A stretch of 64,000 nucleotides of DNA from Squalus acanthias. Lineage: Eukaryota. How positions within the stretch are numbered: position 1 is the stretch's first letter; the number at the start of each line of letters is the position of its first letter. Location of the stretch: assembly GCA_030390025.1 (NCBI GenBank), contig CM059432.1, forward strand, positions 144,834,001 through 144,898,000, in the 5' to 3' direction. The notes under the pieces were generated by a model. The model had not been told where the DNA came from, ran no database searches, and was given only the letters and a program-made list of their open reading frames with translations. Positions 12,009 through 25,184 of the stretch are shown one piece after another. The position numbers and the translations under genes are program-made.

Positions 12009-13931
12009 CTGCACAGGAAAAAGAGATTAAAACATTTACACGTTTAATACTGCCTTATACAGAAAGCACAGCTGACTTGTTTTAAAAAAAATAATAATTC
12101 TGTTTGTTCCCACTATTATACAGTTGTCAGCATCACTGCACTGATGCTCAAAACTGAAACAGACACGTGCAAGGGACAACAGAGTAAATGCTGAATTAGT
12201 TTGAAGTATAAATTTCTTGGCTGCCATAAATAATTCTAAAATAGTGCAAGCTGTGCTTCTGTATCTTCAAGAACCAGGACCTGGACACTGGGGAGTAGAA
12301 CGTTTTTTTCTTTAAAAAAAATTAAATTATTTTAATTTTGAGCCTCAGATGGTGCCAAACTTTCCAACCCTGGGATCAGGACCCAGAATTGGGGAGTATC
12401 CAGATTCCCCACTCAGTTTAATAATGGCCTGCCAGAGCCTGGCCCACCGATGGATCAGCCAAGCTGTTTCATTTCCAGCTGGGAGACACGATGGAAATTT
12501 TGCACAGCGCTACGTTTAAAAGCAATCAGAGAAGAGATATTTTCATTTTGTAAAAGCAGATATTTTTTGAATCATCTTTCTGGGGTGATGGAGGGAAAGA
12601 GTAATTTGAACTGAATAATTCCCTATTTACAACTGTCTTCATCCAAAGTCCAAACTATGGCATTGGGCAAGAACCATAGTAACACTGTGTGCTGCAGCCC
12701 AGAACTTCACATGTACTACTCAACTCAATTTCTCTGCCCCCATTACTTCTGTTTTCTTCTCCTCCTCTCCTGAAGATGCCAACACCTTGCTGAGGTACAG
12801 TTTCAGGAGCATTGCACACTCACCCGTGCCTTGCCCAAGTGACCATTCTTCATGAGGCACAAGAAATATCAGAGAAACCTGCAGCAAGAACTTATTCAAT
12901 GGCCAAGAGAATGCTATAGGGATAATTTAGCAAGGCTCTGTTCCCAAGGAGAGCCTTGCTGGACAGAAGTACGAGTTGGTTCTCTGACCTGTGAGGCTTC
13001 ACTGGGGGCATATGTTATGAACATTAATCATTATCTCACCAAAAGAATTTTTTTTTACCAGGGCTTTAAAGAGGATTGATTGCTAGGGATCGCTCTCATC
13101 ATCTCTATCCGAATCCGAGCAGTCAGAAATATGATTGAAATCTCACTGCTTATTGAAGTGTTGGTAAATGCCGACTGAAGCAGAGATGTGACAGATCTTT
13201 TAGGATGAAATCAATGCAGACTTGTGAAAGTTAAATCTTTCCAAGCAGGGGTCGCCTCAGTGACAGCAACACCTATCAGGTTGTCTTAGAGGTAGACTGA
13301 AAAAAGACCAAAGCAAAACCTCAACATCAGTTAGAGCCATTACATCATCTCAATCAGGGGAAGAAATGGATGTTGACTACTTTGCCATGATGCATTGTTA
13401 GCATAACAGAGTCAGTTAACTAATCTTAGCCATTAGAGCACAATACGAGAGAGGGGAGGCAAATACCAGTAAGGGCCTTCAAAGTCAATGGCAAACTCAA
13501 AGCACTGCTCCCTGGATGAATGAAATGCCAGCGATCAATGCAACCAGAGCCTTTGCACCAGTTCAGTCTCAGGACCTTGGAATCTCTGCGCCCCCCAGGC
13601 CCCCATTCTTCGCCCATCCTCGCTCCTCCGAAGTCAGTCTTCACCCCCTACAAATAGCCGTTGTTCATCCACCTCTGCCCAGCATTCAAACTCATTTCCT
13701 CACCCACCACATGCTCCTCAGACTCTCAACCTAACTCTTGACAACCCAACTTCCCCTTTTTGCACCATTCCTGCTGGCATTGTCATCCTCTCCCTAACCT
13801 TTAGGAGGGTCCCCAGTCATTTCAAGTCTTCAGTCATCACATCCCTTCTTAAAAAGGCCACCCTCAGCCCCTCTATTTTTTCTAACTGCCACCGTATCTC
13901 CAACCTCTCTCTTCAAGATCCTGAAGGCACT

Positions 13932-14046
13932 GGCTCAGAATTTCCTCGCCACTGTTCCTGCTTACACACATAATCAAGGTTTCTGCTACACTTCTGGCAA
14001 AGTTACAGCGGCGAAGCAAGAATAGCTCAGGAGGAAATTCCCAGCC
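13932..14046. mobile_element. Short MITE inside an L2-like fragment
   Basis: GGCTCAGAATTTCCTC ... GAGGAAATTCCCAGCC inverted termini. Confidence 0.6.
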
Positions 14047-17000
14047 ATTGTTACCCCCCATCCACATGCTCACCACTTTCACCACGCCTTGTGTGAACCC
14101 CTCAAATGTGATTTCCTCCCCACAGCACCGAGACCTCCCTGGTCAGTTGCCAACAACATTTTTTTTAAATCACTGTGACCATGTCTCACTGATCACTCTT
14201 GTTCTCCTCAGCCTCTCTGGTGCTTTCAACACTGTTGACTAAGTGATTCTTCTCCACAGTGTCCACATTTATGCTGGCACCTAACGCTACCTGTCTGCCA
14301 CTATCAACGCCAAGGTTACATACAAACATATGGACAGGAAAAGACCATTTAGTCCATCAAACTTGGTTGTTGCTATAGTTTGCAATTGCCTGACTGACAA
14401 AGTCCTGGATGAGCTCAATGTTTGCAAAACCAAAGGCATCCTTTTCAGCTCACACCAAAATTGCCCTGCTTCTGGCCCTAACTCCATCAATGTTCCCAGC
14501 TGTTCTCTCAGGTTAAATGTGGTGCTGTGGAACCTCAAGTGTCCTGTTTGACTCTGAGCTTTCATAGCCACATCTCCTCTACCATTAAGAATGTATCCAT
14601 CTTGGAACAGTATCAGATCATGCCCTTACCATGCTCTCTGATCCTGGCTTGCTTCACCTCCAGGATTGTATTATCCAATACTCTCCTCTGCGCCAATACA
14701 TTTTACTAACTTCAGCTAATTCTGAACTACATTGTGAGGACAGGTCAAGGACACAGGATCAATCCAGTGAAAGGCAAATTCAAGACTGATGTCACCAAGT
14801 TCACCCACACATAGAGAGTGATCAACACATGAAATGGACCTCTGGGTACAGTAGTGGAGGCGGAAACCCTAGAATCATTTAGAAACAATTGGATGATGCA
14901 GTGTGGGACCGTACGGTTAACTACAATGGGAAAAATAGAAACTTCCTCATCTCTATATTGCAATCTCATGAACCCCATGCCAGCAAACCATCACCCCACA
15001 TTCTTGCCCAGCTTCACAGATGCCTTATGGTGGAATCTGAATCTGAATTCACAAAGCTCACTGCTGCTGTGTGCATGTAATTCCTCAAACATTGTTCTGT
15101 CCTTGAGGATAATCTTCCTGCCTTTAATTCATTCTTCCTGCATATAATTAATTGCCCAACGATAGCTAGAAAAGCCTACGACATGAACACAGAATCTGAA
15201 ACCTGCGACAACATTGGCAAAGTTTAAAACTTGAAGCAAATCAAAGCAACGCACTTCCAGAGAGGAAAGCGAGGACTGGGCCAAGCACAGCAGTTTTATG
15301 GCACTGAATTATGGGAGGGAACAAGAGATATTTGCTAAATTACAGCATTCAAAAGTTTTAAAGAAAGCATAACCCTGTGATTACCCACAATGGTCGCTTG
15401 GGCTAATCCATTTATATGTGAAGGACAACTGAATGAAGATTATTTTGTATAATGCTCCTAAATTAGTCTCCTGTTTGCTGTACTTCCTTCGAATGATACT
15501 TCGTCATGGCAGTTACATTGAACCTAGAGATGCAATTTCCTTTAACATGGATATGCAAATAAAACAGAGTGAGAATGTCACAGTTGAGTGGCAGGCTCAA
15601 ATTTTACAGCTAACAGTTTATCTTACAAATAATACACATTGTTAAATGCTTCTGGATCTCCATTAGTTATTTGAAACAATTGTAGATTGTTTCGCAGAAG
15701 TTGTTAATGTCAACTCAGCATAATTGTTTTCTCAACAACTTATTTTATTTATTCAGCTTTAGCTTAGAATTTTGCAAATTTGAAATACAATTATTTTTGC
15801 TCCGAATATTCTTTCAAATCAGCGAGCTTCTGTGAGTTCAGAAAACCAAAGCTACCTTACCTAGCAGGAGAAAAAAAAATCTGTTGCATCAAATTTCAGC
15901 TTATCATCACTCTCAGCTTAGGTCGGTGGCTAAAAGGGCTGCCTGCATTAAGAGCAGTGAAAGTGGAGATACAGTCTGATAAAAATAAAAGAAAGCCAAC
16001 AGACTTCAAACAACTTCAGATCTCTTAGCCTAACCCCCTGCACTGTGATAAAAGAAGTTTCTCTGTGTGTTGACATTGCCAAACATTTCTAAAGAAAGGT
16101 CATCTAGCATGGCATCAGTTTTACTGGGTACCCTTGTGACAAAAATAACTGCAGCTTACTCAACGCAACGTAAAGCTGTATCGATATACTACCTGGTGTT
16201 AAGCTATACCACTAGATCTTTAAAAGAAAGCACTAAATCCGATACTACAAGCAGCAACTGAATGATACAAGGACCGGAATGGCCTCTTCGACGTAGATCT
16301 GTTTGCTCAAGATGTGAAATAATGTACTTGTAGACGACTCGACAGAAATTGTAGAACATGGGACAACTCATTTAAGCACTGTTGACAGATGGTCTCTTTA
16401 ATGTGGGAGCAATATTGTAAGCAAAATAAGTAGAAAAGACTAAATTGATCCATGACAAACAACAATGCAAAGGAAACCTGCTAGTCAAGGTTCTTCTTTA
16501 ACTTTGGTTGCTGCAGAACTCCTTTTAGACTCGCTTGATTATTTAGATGTACTAAAGACTTAATAAAATAAATCAGCAGTGAAGTCTCTGTAATTGATGA
16601 AAAGCTGGTCCTACATTCATATTGCTAATCAAATAATCTTACCTAAAAGTTCAACTGTGCAATTTACGATTCCATATAAAACACAACAGTACGTACTGCT
16701 TTTTAGCCACTTACTGAATAAAACTGATCATACATAGGAACATAGAAATAAGGAGAAAATGGAAAGCATTACTGAAAAAATAGACCACTATGTAAATTAA
16801 CCTGGAATTTGAAACTATTTCTGTGATTGGTCTGAATGAAAATTCAATGGTTATAATTTGTACCATCACACCTGTGTCAACTCTCTGAAACAGTTATACC
16901 TTCTACTTACCAACTCACCAACCAGTTTTATCGTGTTTACCGCATTAAAACCTTCAAAATTTTGAACACTTCTATTAGCTCTCCTCTTAACCTTCTTGGT

Positions 17001-17214
17001 TATAATTTTAAAAAGCTTCACTTGCTCTATTCGCTCCTTGCAACTAAAGCCTCTCAGCTTTGCTATCATCTTAGTGAATCTCTTCTGCACCCTCTCCTTG
17101 GCTTTGACATCTTTCCTAATGTAAGGCACCCGAAACTGGGCAGTGAAGGTATTCATCCATCAAGGAAGAGGATCCATCATCAGGTTGTGTCCCATTTTTA
17201 CCCCTTTGTAAACA

Positions 17215-17540
17215 ACCACCACCTATATTTATATAGCACCTTTAACGTAGTAAAACATCCTAAGGCTCCTCACAAGAGTGTCCTCAAACAAAATTTGACA
17301 TCGAGCCACATAAGGAGATATTAGGGCAGATGGCCAAAAGCTTGGTCAAAGAGATGGATTTTAAGGAGCGTCTTTAAGGAGGAGAGAGGGAGATAGAGAT
17401 ACAAAGAGGTTTAAGGAGGGAATTCCAGAGCTTAGGGCTTAGACAGCTGAAGGCACTGCTGCCAATGGTGGAGCAAAAGAAATCAGGGATGCGCAAGAGG
17501 CCAGAATGGGAGGAGCGTATAGATCTTGGAGGGTAGAATG
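17215..17540 (-). mobile_element. L2-like LINE 3' end (related copy at 28410-28760 +)
   Basis: Minus strand ...ctctggaattccctcc...ccttaaaatccatctctttgaccaagctttt...aaaggtgctatataaat tail. Confidence 0.65.
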
Positions 17541-17885
17541 GCTGCTCAGCACCTTCTTGTGTAGCTCAAATCAGTAGAAACGCGTAGTGGGGTTTGAAAC
17601 TGTTACTTCCCACACCATGAAGTTCTGTAATTTGTTCCAACACAAAACACTGACGTGCTGACAGTTCACAATCCTGTTGTTGAAGATCAACTTTGAACTC
17701 CTAGGTTCAAATCCAGTTCTGGCTAATGGTGTCAAGTCTCTTCTCTCTGTTGGTTGCAAGATTCTTGTGCAAAGTGAGTTTGAACAGGTTGAATGCAGTT
17801 CCTAGAGCACAAGTCTGCAACACAACACTCCTTCACACATCCATATTGCAAACTGGCACATAAGTAACATTCTGAAGCCATAAAC

Positions 17886-18779
17886 ATGGCTGATGTGAGG
17901 AATGGAAGTGACAACTACGTGTGCGGGAAGTGTGTCCAGCTGCAGCTCCTGACAGCCCGCATGGCGGTGCTGGAGCTGCGGGTGGACTCACTCTGGAGCA
18001 TGCACGATGCCGAGAACTCGGTGAATCGCTCATTTAGTGAGTTGTCCACACCGCAGGTAAAGGCTAGGACAGACAGTGAATGGGTGACCAAGAAGCAGGG
18101 CAATATCAGGAAGGTAGTGCAGGAGTCCCCTGTGGTCATCTCCCTCCAAAACAGGTATGCCGCTTTGGATACTGTTGGGGGAGATGGCCTACCAGGGGAA
18201 GGCACTAGCAGCCAGGTTCATGGCACCATGGCTGGCTCTGCTGCACAGCAGGGCGGGAAAAAGAGTGGTAGGGCTATAGTGATAGGGGACTCAATTGTAA
18301 GGGGAATAGACAGGAGTTTCTGTGGCCGCAAACGAGATTCCAGGATGGTATGTTGCCTCCCTGGTGCAAGGGTCAAGGATGTCTCGGAGCGGCTGCAGAA
18401 CATTCTGAAGAGGGAGGGTGAACAGCCAGCTGTCGTGGTGCATGTAGGTACCAACGATATAGGTAAAAAGCGGGAAGAGGTCCTACAAGCAGAATTTAGG
18501 GAGCTAGGAGCTAAATTAAAAAGTAGGACCTCTAAGGTAGTAATCTCTGGATTGCTACCAGGGCCACGTGCTAATCAGAATAGAGAGAACAGGATAGTGA
18601 GATTGAATACGTGGCTTGAGCAGTGGTGCAGGAGGGAGGGATTCAAATTCCTGAGGCATTGGAACCAGTTCTGGGGGAAGTGGGATCTGTACAAAAGGGA
18701 TGGTCTGCACTTGGGCAGGACTGGAACCGATGTCCTCGGGGTAATATTTGCTAAAGCAGTTCGGGAGGATTTAAACTAA
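17886..18779 (+). CDS. CR1 ORF1p: partial CxxC/coiled-coil N-terminus plus SGNH/GDSL esterase-like domain
   Basis: CGKC, LQLLTARMAVLELRVDSL heptads, VIGDS (block I), GARV, VGTND (block III), DGLH (block V). The ATG at 17886 probably comes from flanking DNA. Confidence 0.85.
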   Translation: MADVRNGSDNYVCGKCVQLQLLTARMAVLELRVDSLWSMHDAENSVNRSFSELSTPQVKARTDSEWVTKKQGNIRKVVQESPVVISLQNRYAALDTVGGDGLPGEGTSSQVHGTMAGSAAQQGGKKSGRAIVIGDSIVRGIDRSFCGRKRDSRMVCCLPGARVKDVSERLQNILKREGEQPAVVVHVGTNDIGKKREEVLQAEFRELGAKLKSRTSKVVISGLLPGPRANQNRENRIVRLNTWLEQWCRREGFKFLRHWNQFWGKWDLYKRDGLHLGRTGTDVLGVIFAKAVREDLN

Positions 18780-21700
18780 TATGGCAGGGGAATGGGAACC
18801 TATGTAGCGAAACAGGGGGAAGTAATATGCAGTCAGAAACAAATGTTAGAAGGGTGAGAAACAATAGGGGAAGGCCGAGTAAACAAAGGCAAGAAACACA
18901 AAGGGCCATACTAAATCATAAGTCTAAAAGGACAAAGGATGTTAATAAAACAAGCCTAAAGGCTCTGTGTCTTAATGCAAGGAGTATCCGTAATAAGGTG
19001 GATGAATTGACTGTGCAAATAGATGTTAACGGATACGATGTGATTGGGATTACAGAGACGTGGCTCCAGAACAATCAAGGCTGGGAACTGAACATCCAGT
19101 GGTATTCAACATTTAGAAAGGATAGAATAAAAGGAAAAGGGGGTGGGGTAGCATTGCTGGTTAAAGAGGAGATTAATGCAATAGCTAGGAAGGACATCAG
19201 CTTGGAGGATGTGGAATCAATATGGGTTGAGCTGCAGAACACCAAAGGGCAGAAAACGTTAGTGGGAGTTGTGTACAGACCTCCAAACAGCAGTAGTGAG
19301 GTGGGGGAGGGTATGAAACAGGAAATCAGAGGTGCGTGCAAAAAAGGCACGGCAGTTATCATGGGTGACTTTAATATGCATATAGATTGGGCTACTCAAA
19401 CTGGAAGCAATACGGTGGAGGAGGATTTCCTGGAGTGTTTAAGGGATGGTTTCCTAAACCAATATGTTGAGGAACCAACTCGAGGGGAGGCCATCCTGGA
19501 CTGGGTGTTGTGTAATGAGGAAGGACTAATCAGCAATCTTGTGGTACGAGGCCCCCTGGGGAAGAGTGACCATAGTATGGTGGAGTTCTACATTAGGATG
19601 GAGAAGGAAACAGTTAAGTCAGAGACCATGGTCCAGAACTTAAATAAGGGCAACTTTGAGGGTATGAGGCGTGAATTGGTGAGGTTAAATTGGCAAGCGA
19701 TATTTAAGGGGCTATCAGTGGAAGGGCAATGGCAGACATTTAGAGATCGCATGGATGAACTACAACAATTGTACATCCCGGTCTGGCGTAAAAATAAAAA
19801 AGAGAAGGTGGCTCAACCATGGCTAACAAGGGAAATCAGGGATAGTATTAAAACCAAGGAAGTTGCATACAAATTGGCCAGAAGTAGCAGCAAACCCGGG
19901 GACTGGGAGAACTTCAAAACTCAGCAGAGGAGGACGAAGGGTTTGATTAGGGCAGGGAAAATAAAATATGAAAGGAAGCTTGCAGAGAACATTAAAATGG
20001 ACTGCAAAAGCTTCTATAAATATGTAAAAAGAAAGAGGTTAGTAAAAACAAACGTAGGTCCCCTGCAGTCGGAAACAGGGCAAGTCGTAATGGGGAACAA
20101 GGAAATGGCAAATCAATTGAACAAGTACTTTGGTTCGGTGTTTACTGTGGAGGACACACACAACCTGCCGGAAATAAAAGGGGTCAGAGGATCTGGTAAG
20201 AGGGAGGAGCTGAGGAAATCCTTATTAGTCGGGAAAAGGTATTGGGAAATTGATGGGACTGAAGTCTGAAAAATCCCCGGGGCCTGATGGTCTGCATCCC
20301 AGAGTACTTAAGGAGGTGGCCTTGGAAATAGTGGATGCATTGACGATCATTTTCCAACATTCGTTAGACTCTGGATCAGTTCCGATGGAGTGGAGGGTGG
20401 CCAATGTAACCCCTCTTTTAAAAAAGGAGGGAGGGAGAAAGCAGGGAATTATAGACCGGTCAGCCTGACATCGGTCGTGGGTAAAATGATGGAAGCAATT
20501 ATTAAAGATGTCATAACAGACCATTTGGAAAGTGGCGACATGATAGGTCCAAGTCAGCATGGATTTGTGAAAGGGAAATCATGCTTGACAAATCTTCTGG
20601 AATTTTTTGAGGATGTTTCCAATAGGGTGGACAGGGGGGAACCAGTAGATGTGGTGTATTTGGACTTTCAGAAGGCCTTCGACAAGGTCCCACACAAGAG
20701 ATTGGTGAGCAAAGTTAAAGCACATGGGATTGGGGGTAATGTGTTGACGTGGATTGAGAACTGGTTGGCACACAGGAAACAAAGAGTAGGAGTAAATGGG
20801 TACTTTTCAGAATGGCAGGCAGTGACCAGCGGGGTACCGCAGGGTTCGGTGCTGGGGCCCCAGCTGTTTACATTATATATTAATGATTTGGACGAAGGGA
20901 TTAAATGTAATATCTCCAAATTTGCGGATGACACTAAATTGGGAGGCAGTGTGAACAATGAGGAGGATGCTAGGAGGCTACAGAGTGACTTGGACAGGTT
21001 GGGTGAATGGGCAAATATATGGCAGATGAAGTACAATGTGGATAAATGTGAGGTTATCCACTTTGGTGGTAAAAATAGAGAGGCGGACTATTACCTGAAT
21101 GGTGGCAGATTAGGGAAAGGGGAGGTGCAACGAGACCTGGGCGTCATGGTACATCAGTCACTGAAGGTGGGAATGCAAGTGCAGCAGGCAGTCAAGAAAG
21201 CAAACGGAATGATGGCCTTCATAGTAAGGAGATTTGAGTACAGGAGTAGGGAGGTGATGCTGCAGTTGTACAGGGCCTTGGTGAGGCCACACCTGGAGTA
21301 TTGTGCGCAGTTTTGGTCTCCTAACTTAAGGAAGGACATTCTTGCTATTGAGGGAGTGCAGTGAAGGTTCACTAGATTGATTCCTGGGATGGCCGGTCTG
21401 ACATATCAAGAAAGATTGGGTCAACTGAACTTGTATCCTCTGGAGTTCAGAAGAATGAGGGGGGATCTTAGAGACATTTAAAATCCTGACTGGTTTAGAC
21501 AAATTAGATGCGGGCAGAATGTTCCCAATGTTAGGGAAAACTAGAACCAGGGGTCACAGTCTAAGGATTAAGGGGAAGCCATTTAAGACTGAGCTGAGGA
21601 GGAACTTCTTCACCCAGAGAGTGGTGAATCTATGGAATTCTCTTCCACAGAAGGTTGTTGAGGCCAGTTCGCTAAATATATTCAAAAGGGAGTTAGATAT

Positions 21701-21850
21701 AACACTCACAACTCGGGGGATCAAGGGGTATGGCGAGAAAGCAGGAATGGGGTACTGAGGTAGCATGTTCAGCCATGAACGCATTGAATGGCGGTGCAGG
21801 CTCGAAGGACCGAATGGTCTACTCCTGTACCTATTTTCTATGTTTCTATG
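17909..21850 (+). mobile_element. CR1-clade LINE, near full length (5'-truncated within ORF1), ORF1 + ORF2 + 3' UTR
   Basis: Esterase-type ORF1, APE endonuclease + RT ORF2, 3' end ...ctattttctatgtttctatg (octamer-like tail). Confidence 0.95.
18770..21758 (+). pseudogene. CR1 ORF2 (APE endonuclease + reverse transcriptase), disrupted
   Basis: CLNARS, GITETW, MGDFN, SDH (APE); [31 protein letters not shown] (RT). Frameshifts near 20220, 20425 and 21470; stop at 21362-21364. Confidence 0.93.
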
Positions 21851-23199
21851 TATAATAGGGATTGGGCAATACACAGTCAAGGATGTTTCACCTATTCTCT
21901 TTGGGAGTATTTGATGTTGGATGCAGAAGTGGGAAATAATACATTTCCCTGGCACTAATATTACCACCTTAATGACTACAAACATGCACCATTGGGATAG
22001 AGTAAGGAAGCTTTTATTTTACATATAACCATACTAGGAGTCTAGGAGTGCTTGCTGTTGACACAAGGTTATGACAATCCCTTTACCAGCACTAATATCC
22101 CTCGCTTTGATGAACACAAACATCATCAACAATTTAAGCAACAAATTCAAACCCCGGACCACCCCGCATCAAACACAACCAAGCCGGATGACCAATTCTG
22201 TGGCAGGCCAAAGGTCTGGAAATAGTTACCTTCTTCATTTTCCTCATTGGTTTTGTATTACAAGTCAACTTTTGAGGTAAAATGGACTCTAAACTATACA
22301 GAAAGCTGCCCACAGTCAGGAATGAGGACAGCTTGACCAGCTCCGAGCTGCCATATAGAAGAATGAATACAAACAAATTCTCTAAATGTAAACTACTGCC
22401 ATTCAAAGGGAGGAGCAGCCGTGGGCCCCACCCCATACCTTCCGGAGAATAGAAGCCCTAGGCATCTGCACATCCCCCGAAGTTGGAAGGTGCCCGGAGG
22501 CAGTGATAGGCACCTGTAATAAACAAAGATCCGCTAGCCCCATCACTGCAGAGCTCACCTGAGGATCTGGCCGTAATGTCGCTGAGGCTGGTGTTTTAAC
22601 AAACTGTGGTCCAATAGCAAGGGGATCCAAGACGATTGGAGACCAGGCTCTGCTACATCGGCCTAGCACACACACACACACAAACACACTCCTACTGTCC
22701 TCCTCCCTCCTTTTTTTTTAACCAACAATCTATGACTGTGGCCACAGATGTGGGACCCCTGGCAGGGGACACGAAATGTGGCACTAAAGTGGGAAATGGT
22801 GGCGGGCATGCAAAGACAGACTTTTATTTCAAGTGATATGCTTATAGGATGCAGCCAGAGGCAAGTTGCTGGGAGTGCGGAAAGTTGGAGAAAATGTATA
22901 GCTGCTAGCGGGCAAGTCTGAGATTTCTCCTAACCTAAAGCAAGGAAGCTTCATATAATAAAACAAATTCAACGTAAACAGAATTCTGGCTCATGCATTA
23001 GCAAGTCGTGTGTTGTTACTCTGGTTATGGTCTTGTTGAGGACTGACAGCCTGGTTTTATTGTGTAGAAGTGGAGTTTATTGAGACCAATGGAAGTGGTT
23101 TGCACAACTTTTGAGCAGGATCATTAGTTCTGCGGCAGCTACTGGTCATTCTTTAACTGACTGCTCCTTTTTCCAGTTCGATTCTGCTCTAATTTCGGG

Positions 23200-23437
23200 T
23201 TTACTTTCTGTGGTAGCTGGTGTGCAACGGCCACCCCACGTTAAAAGAATTCACGCACAGGCATCTTCCACCCTTTAAAATGAAGTTCGGGACCTGGAAC
23301 GTCAGGACCCTCATGGACAACCCCAACAGCGACAGAGACTGTAGGTCCCGCATTGGACTCATCAGTCACCTGAGAACTCATTTTTAGTGTGGAAGCAAGT
23401 CATCCTCGGTTCCGAGGGACTGCCTAAGAAGAGAAGA
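23200..23437 (+). mobile_element. Bipartite RTE-LINE deletion derivative
   Basis: MKFGTWNVRTLMDN (APE start) fused to DCRSRIGLISHLRTHF* plus 3' UTR and (AAG)-type tail; the 3' part nearly matches 26103-26210. Confidence 0.8.
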
Positions 23438-23816
23438 CTGCACCAGTGGGAACCATAAACCTAAGATGGTGTCAGTGCCACTGAAGGCCAATGACAGCAG
23501 GTCATGATAGGGCGGAGAAGGGCTCACCAACACCAGTTAACGCTGCCAAAGGATTCCTCTGCTTCCTAAACAATGCCTTTGTTTTTGCTTGGCCCCCAAT
23601 AACAAAAGTGAGAAAAGGAAGAGGTGGTGGGAAAATGTGCCATAGCTGGAGTATATGTCTCAGTGCCAGGGAAGAATAAATGGGCTTGAGCAGAGTTAAT
23701 GCAGCTGATCCCAAGCGGTGCCAGGCAGCAGCTAAGAATACTATAGTGTTGGCAAAAATGCCAACCCATTATGGCTCTTGCTTACATACTTTCACACATT
23801 GTTTGAAGACAATATT

Positions 23817-24578
23817 GGGCCAGAAATTCGGCTGTTGTCGGGTGAGTACGCGCTGTGTACTCACCCGTAAGGCCACCTGAAGTGCCGGTTTCCTGCATGC
23901 ACTGCGCATGCGCGGGACACCGGAACTTCCGTTCCCCTGAAGGGAGGGGTTCAGAAGTCGAACGCGTGCGCGGGAGAGGCTGCGCGCACGCAGCGAACTT
24001 CAGGTTTTTTTTCAGGTTTCTCCGGGAAGGTAAGTATGAAGAAGCTGCGCTTTTAAAAAGGAGGCGCAAGGTTTGTTTTTAACAAGGTAAGTGGTTAATT
24101 AATTACAATTTACAATTTTTTTCAACAGGTTTATCTTTTTTAGATACTTTAAAGAAAGGTAAGTTTATTTTTAGCACCGTTACAAAGTATAATTCATTTT
24201 TTCAAAAATTTAAATTTTTGTTTAAAGTAGTTAATTTATTTAACTTAGTTATTTTAAAAATGTGATGTTTTTTTAAAATTTATTTGAAGTTTAAGTGTAG
24301 TTTTGGGTCTGATCTCTATTCATAGATTTGACAGGTCTTCCTGTCAAATCTATGAATGAAAATGCCCTGCTAGGATTGGCTCTCCATGGCCCACGTGATC
24401 CCAGGGGACGCTTCGAACTAACTGCGCCCCTGGGATACACAAGCACTGCGCGCCGGCAGCTGGAGGAGGCCCAGGACCCGAAGTCCTCGTGGGCCCAAAG
24501 CACAACTGCAGGCGCGGTAGGCAAGTACGCGCGTGATGCTTGCACCCGCAGGAAGCCGGAAAGCTGAATTTCTGGCCC
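23817..24578. mobile_element. MITE with GC-rich arms and AT-rich core
   Basis: TIR GGGCCAGAAATTCGGCT / AGCTGAATTTCTGGCCC. Confidence 0.85.
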
Positions 24579-25184
24579 AATGTATCAGCAACAACTGAGA
24601 AAAGGCAGCTTATCAAAGATTTAGAAAAATCTGAAGCACTCGCAAAACTTGATGAAAAATTTGAACTTGAAAAGTTTGAAGAAACCAAAAACAAATTGAA
24701 GACAATGGCACATTACAGAGACATCAATACCACAGTGAAATTTGATGGAGCAGCTTGGATTGGAGAATCAAACATTCACCCACTTAGGAAAAATAAATAG
24801 ATGCTCCAAAGTGAGGCGTGCTCTTTTATTCTGAGCAGGAGTGGGGATGGTCACGTGGGGTGGGGGGGGGGGGGGGTGTTTGCCTTCAACATCACAAAAG
24901 TAGAATGTGACCCAGTGCCGTGTGGGGGAAATACAATATGAAAAAGAATATTGGCATTCTCAGAGGGAAGACACTTGTTCATTTAAATTTCTATGTACCT
25001 GTACATGACTCATTGGCACTGTAAATATAGACTGGCTACTCAACAAGAAATTGAAGCAGGCCGTGTGTCTCTATTGATAGCTGCTGAAATTGTAAATGGA
25101 AAAATAGAGGACAAGAGCCTTGTGCCAGTGATGACAGTACTTGGGAGTCATTTTTACTTTGTGTGTGTGAGACAGGATAAAGTA

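Larger units (their letters stand above)
17690..22125 (+). mobile_element. Old LF-SINE-like element split by the CR1 at 17909-21850
   Basis: ggttcaaatccag B box followed by gtgagtttg...cagttcctag...aactggcac; resumes after 21851 (ccattggg...ggaagcttt). Similarity is from memory only. Confidence 0.4.

Noticed and set aside
17886..21758. Esterase + endonuclease + RT ORFs as a novel operon or host gene
   Set aside because: This is standard CR1 LINE architecture, with disabling mutations and a typical 3' tail.
24855..24877. Poly-G runs (also 60077-60099) as G-quadruplex elements
   Set aside because: Simple homopolymers with no supporting context; length is error-prone.
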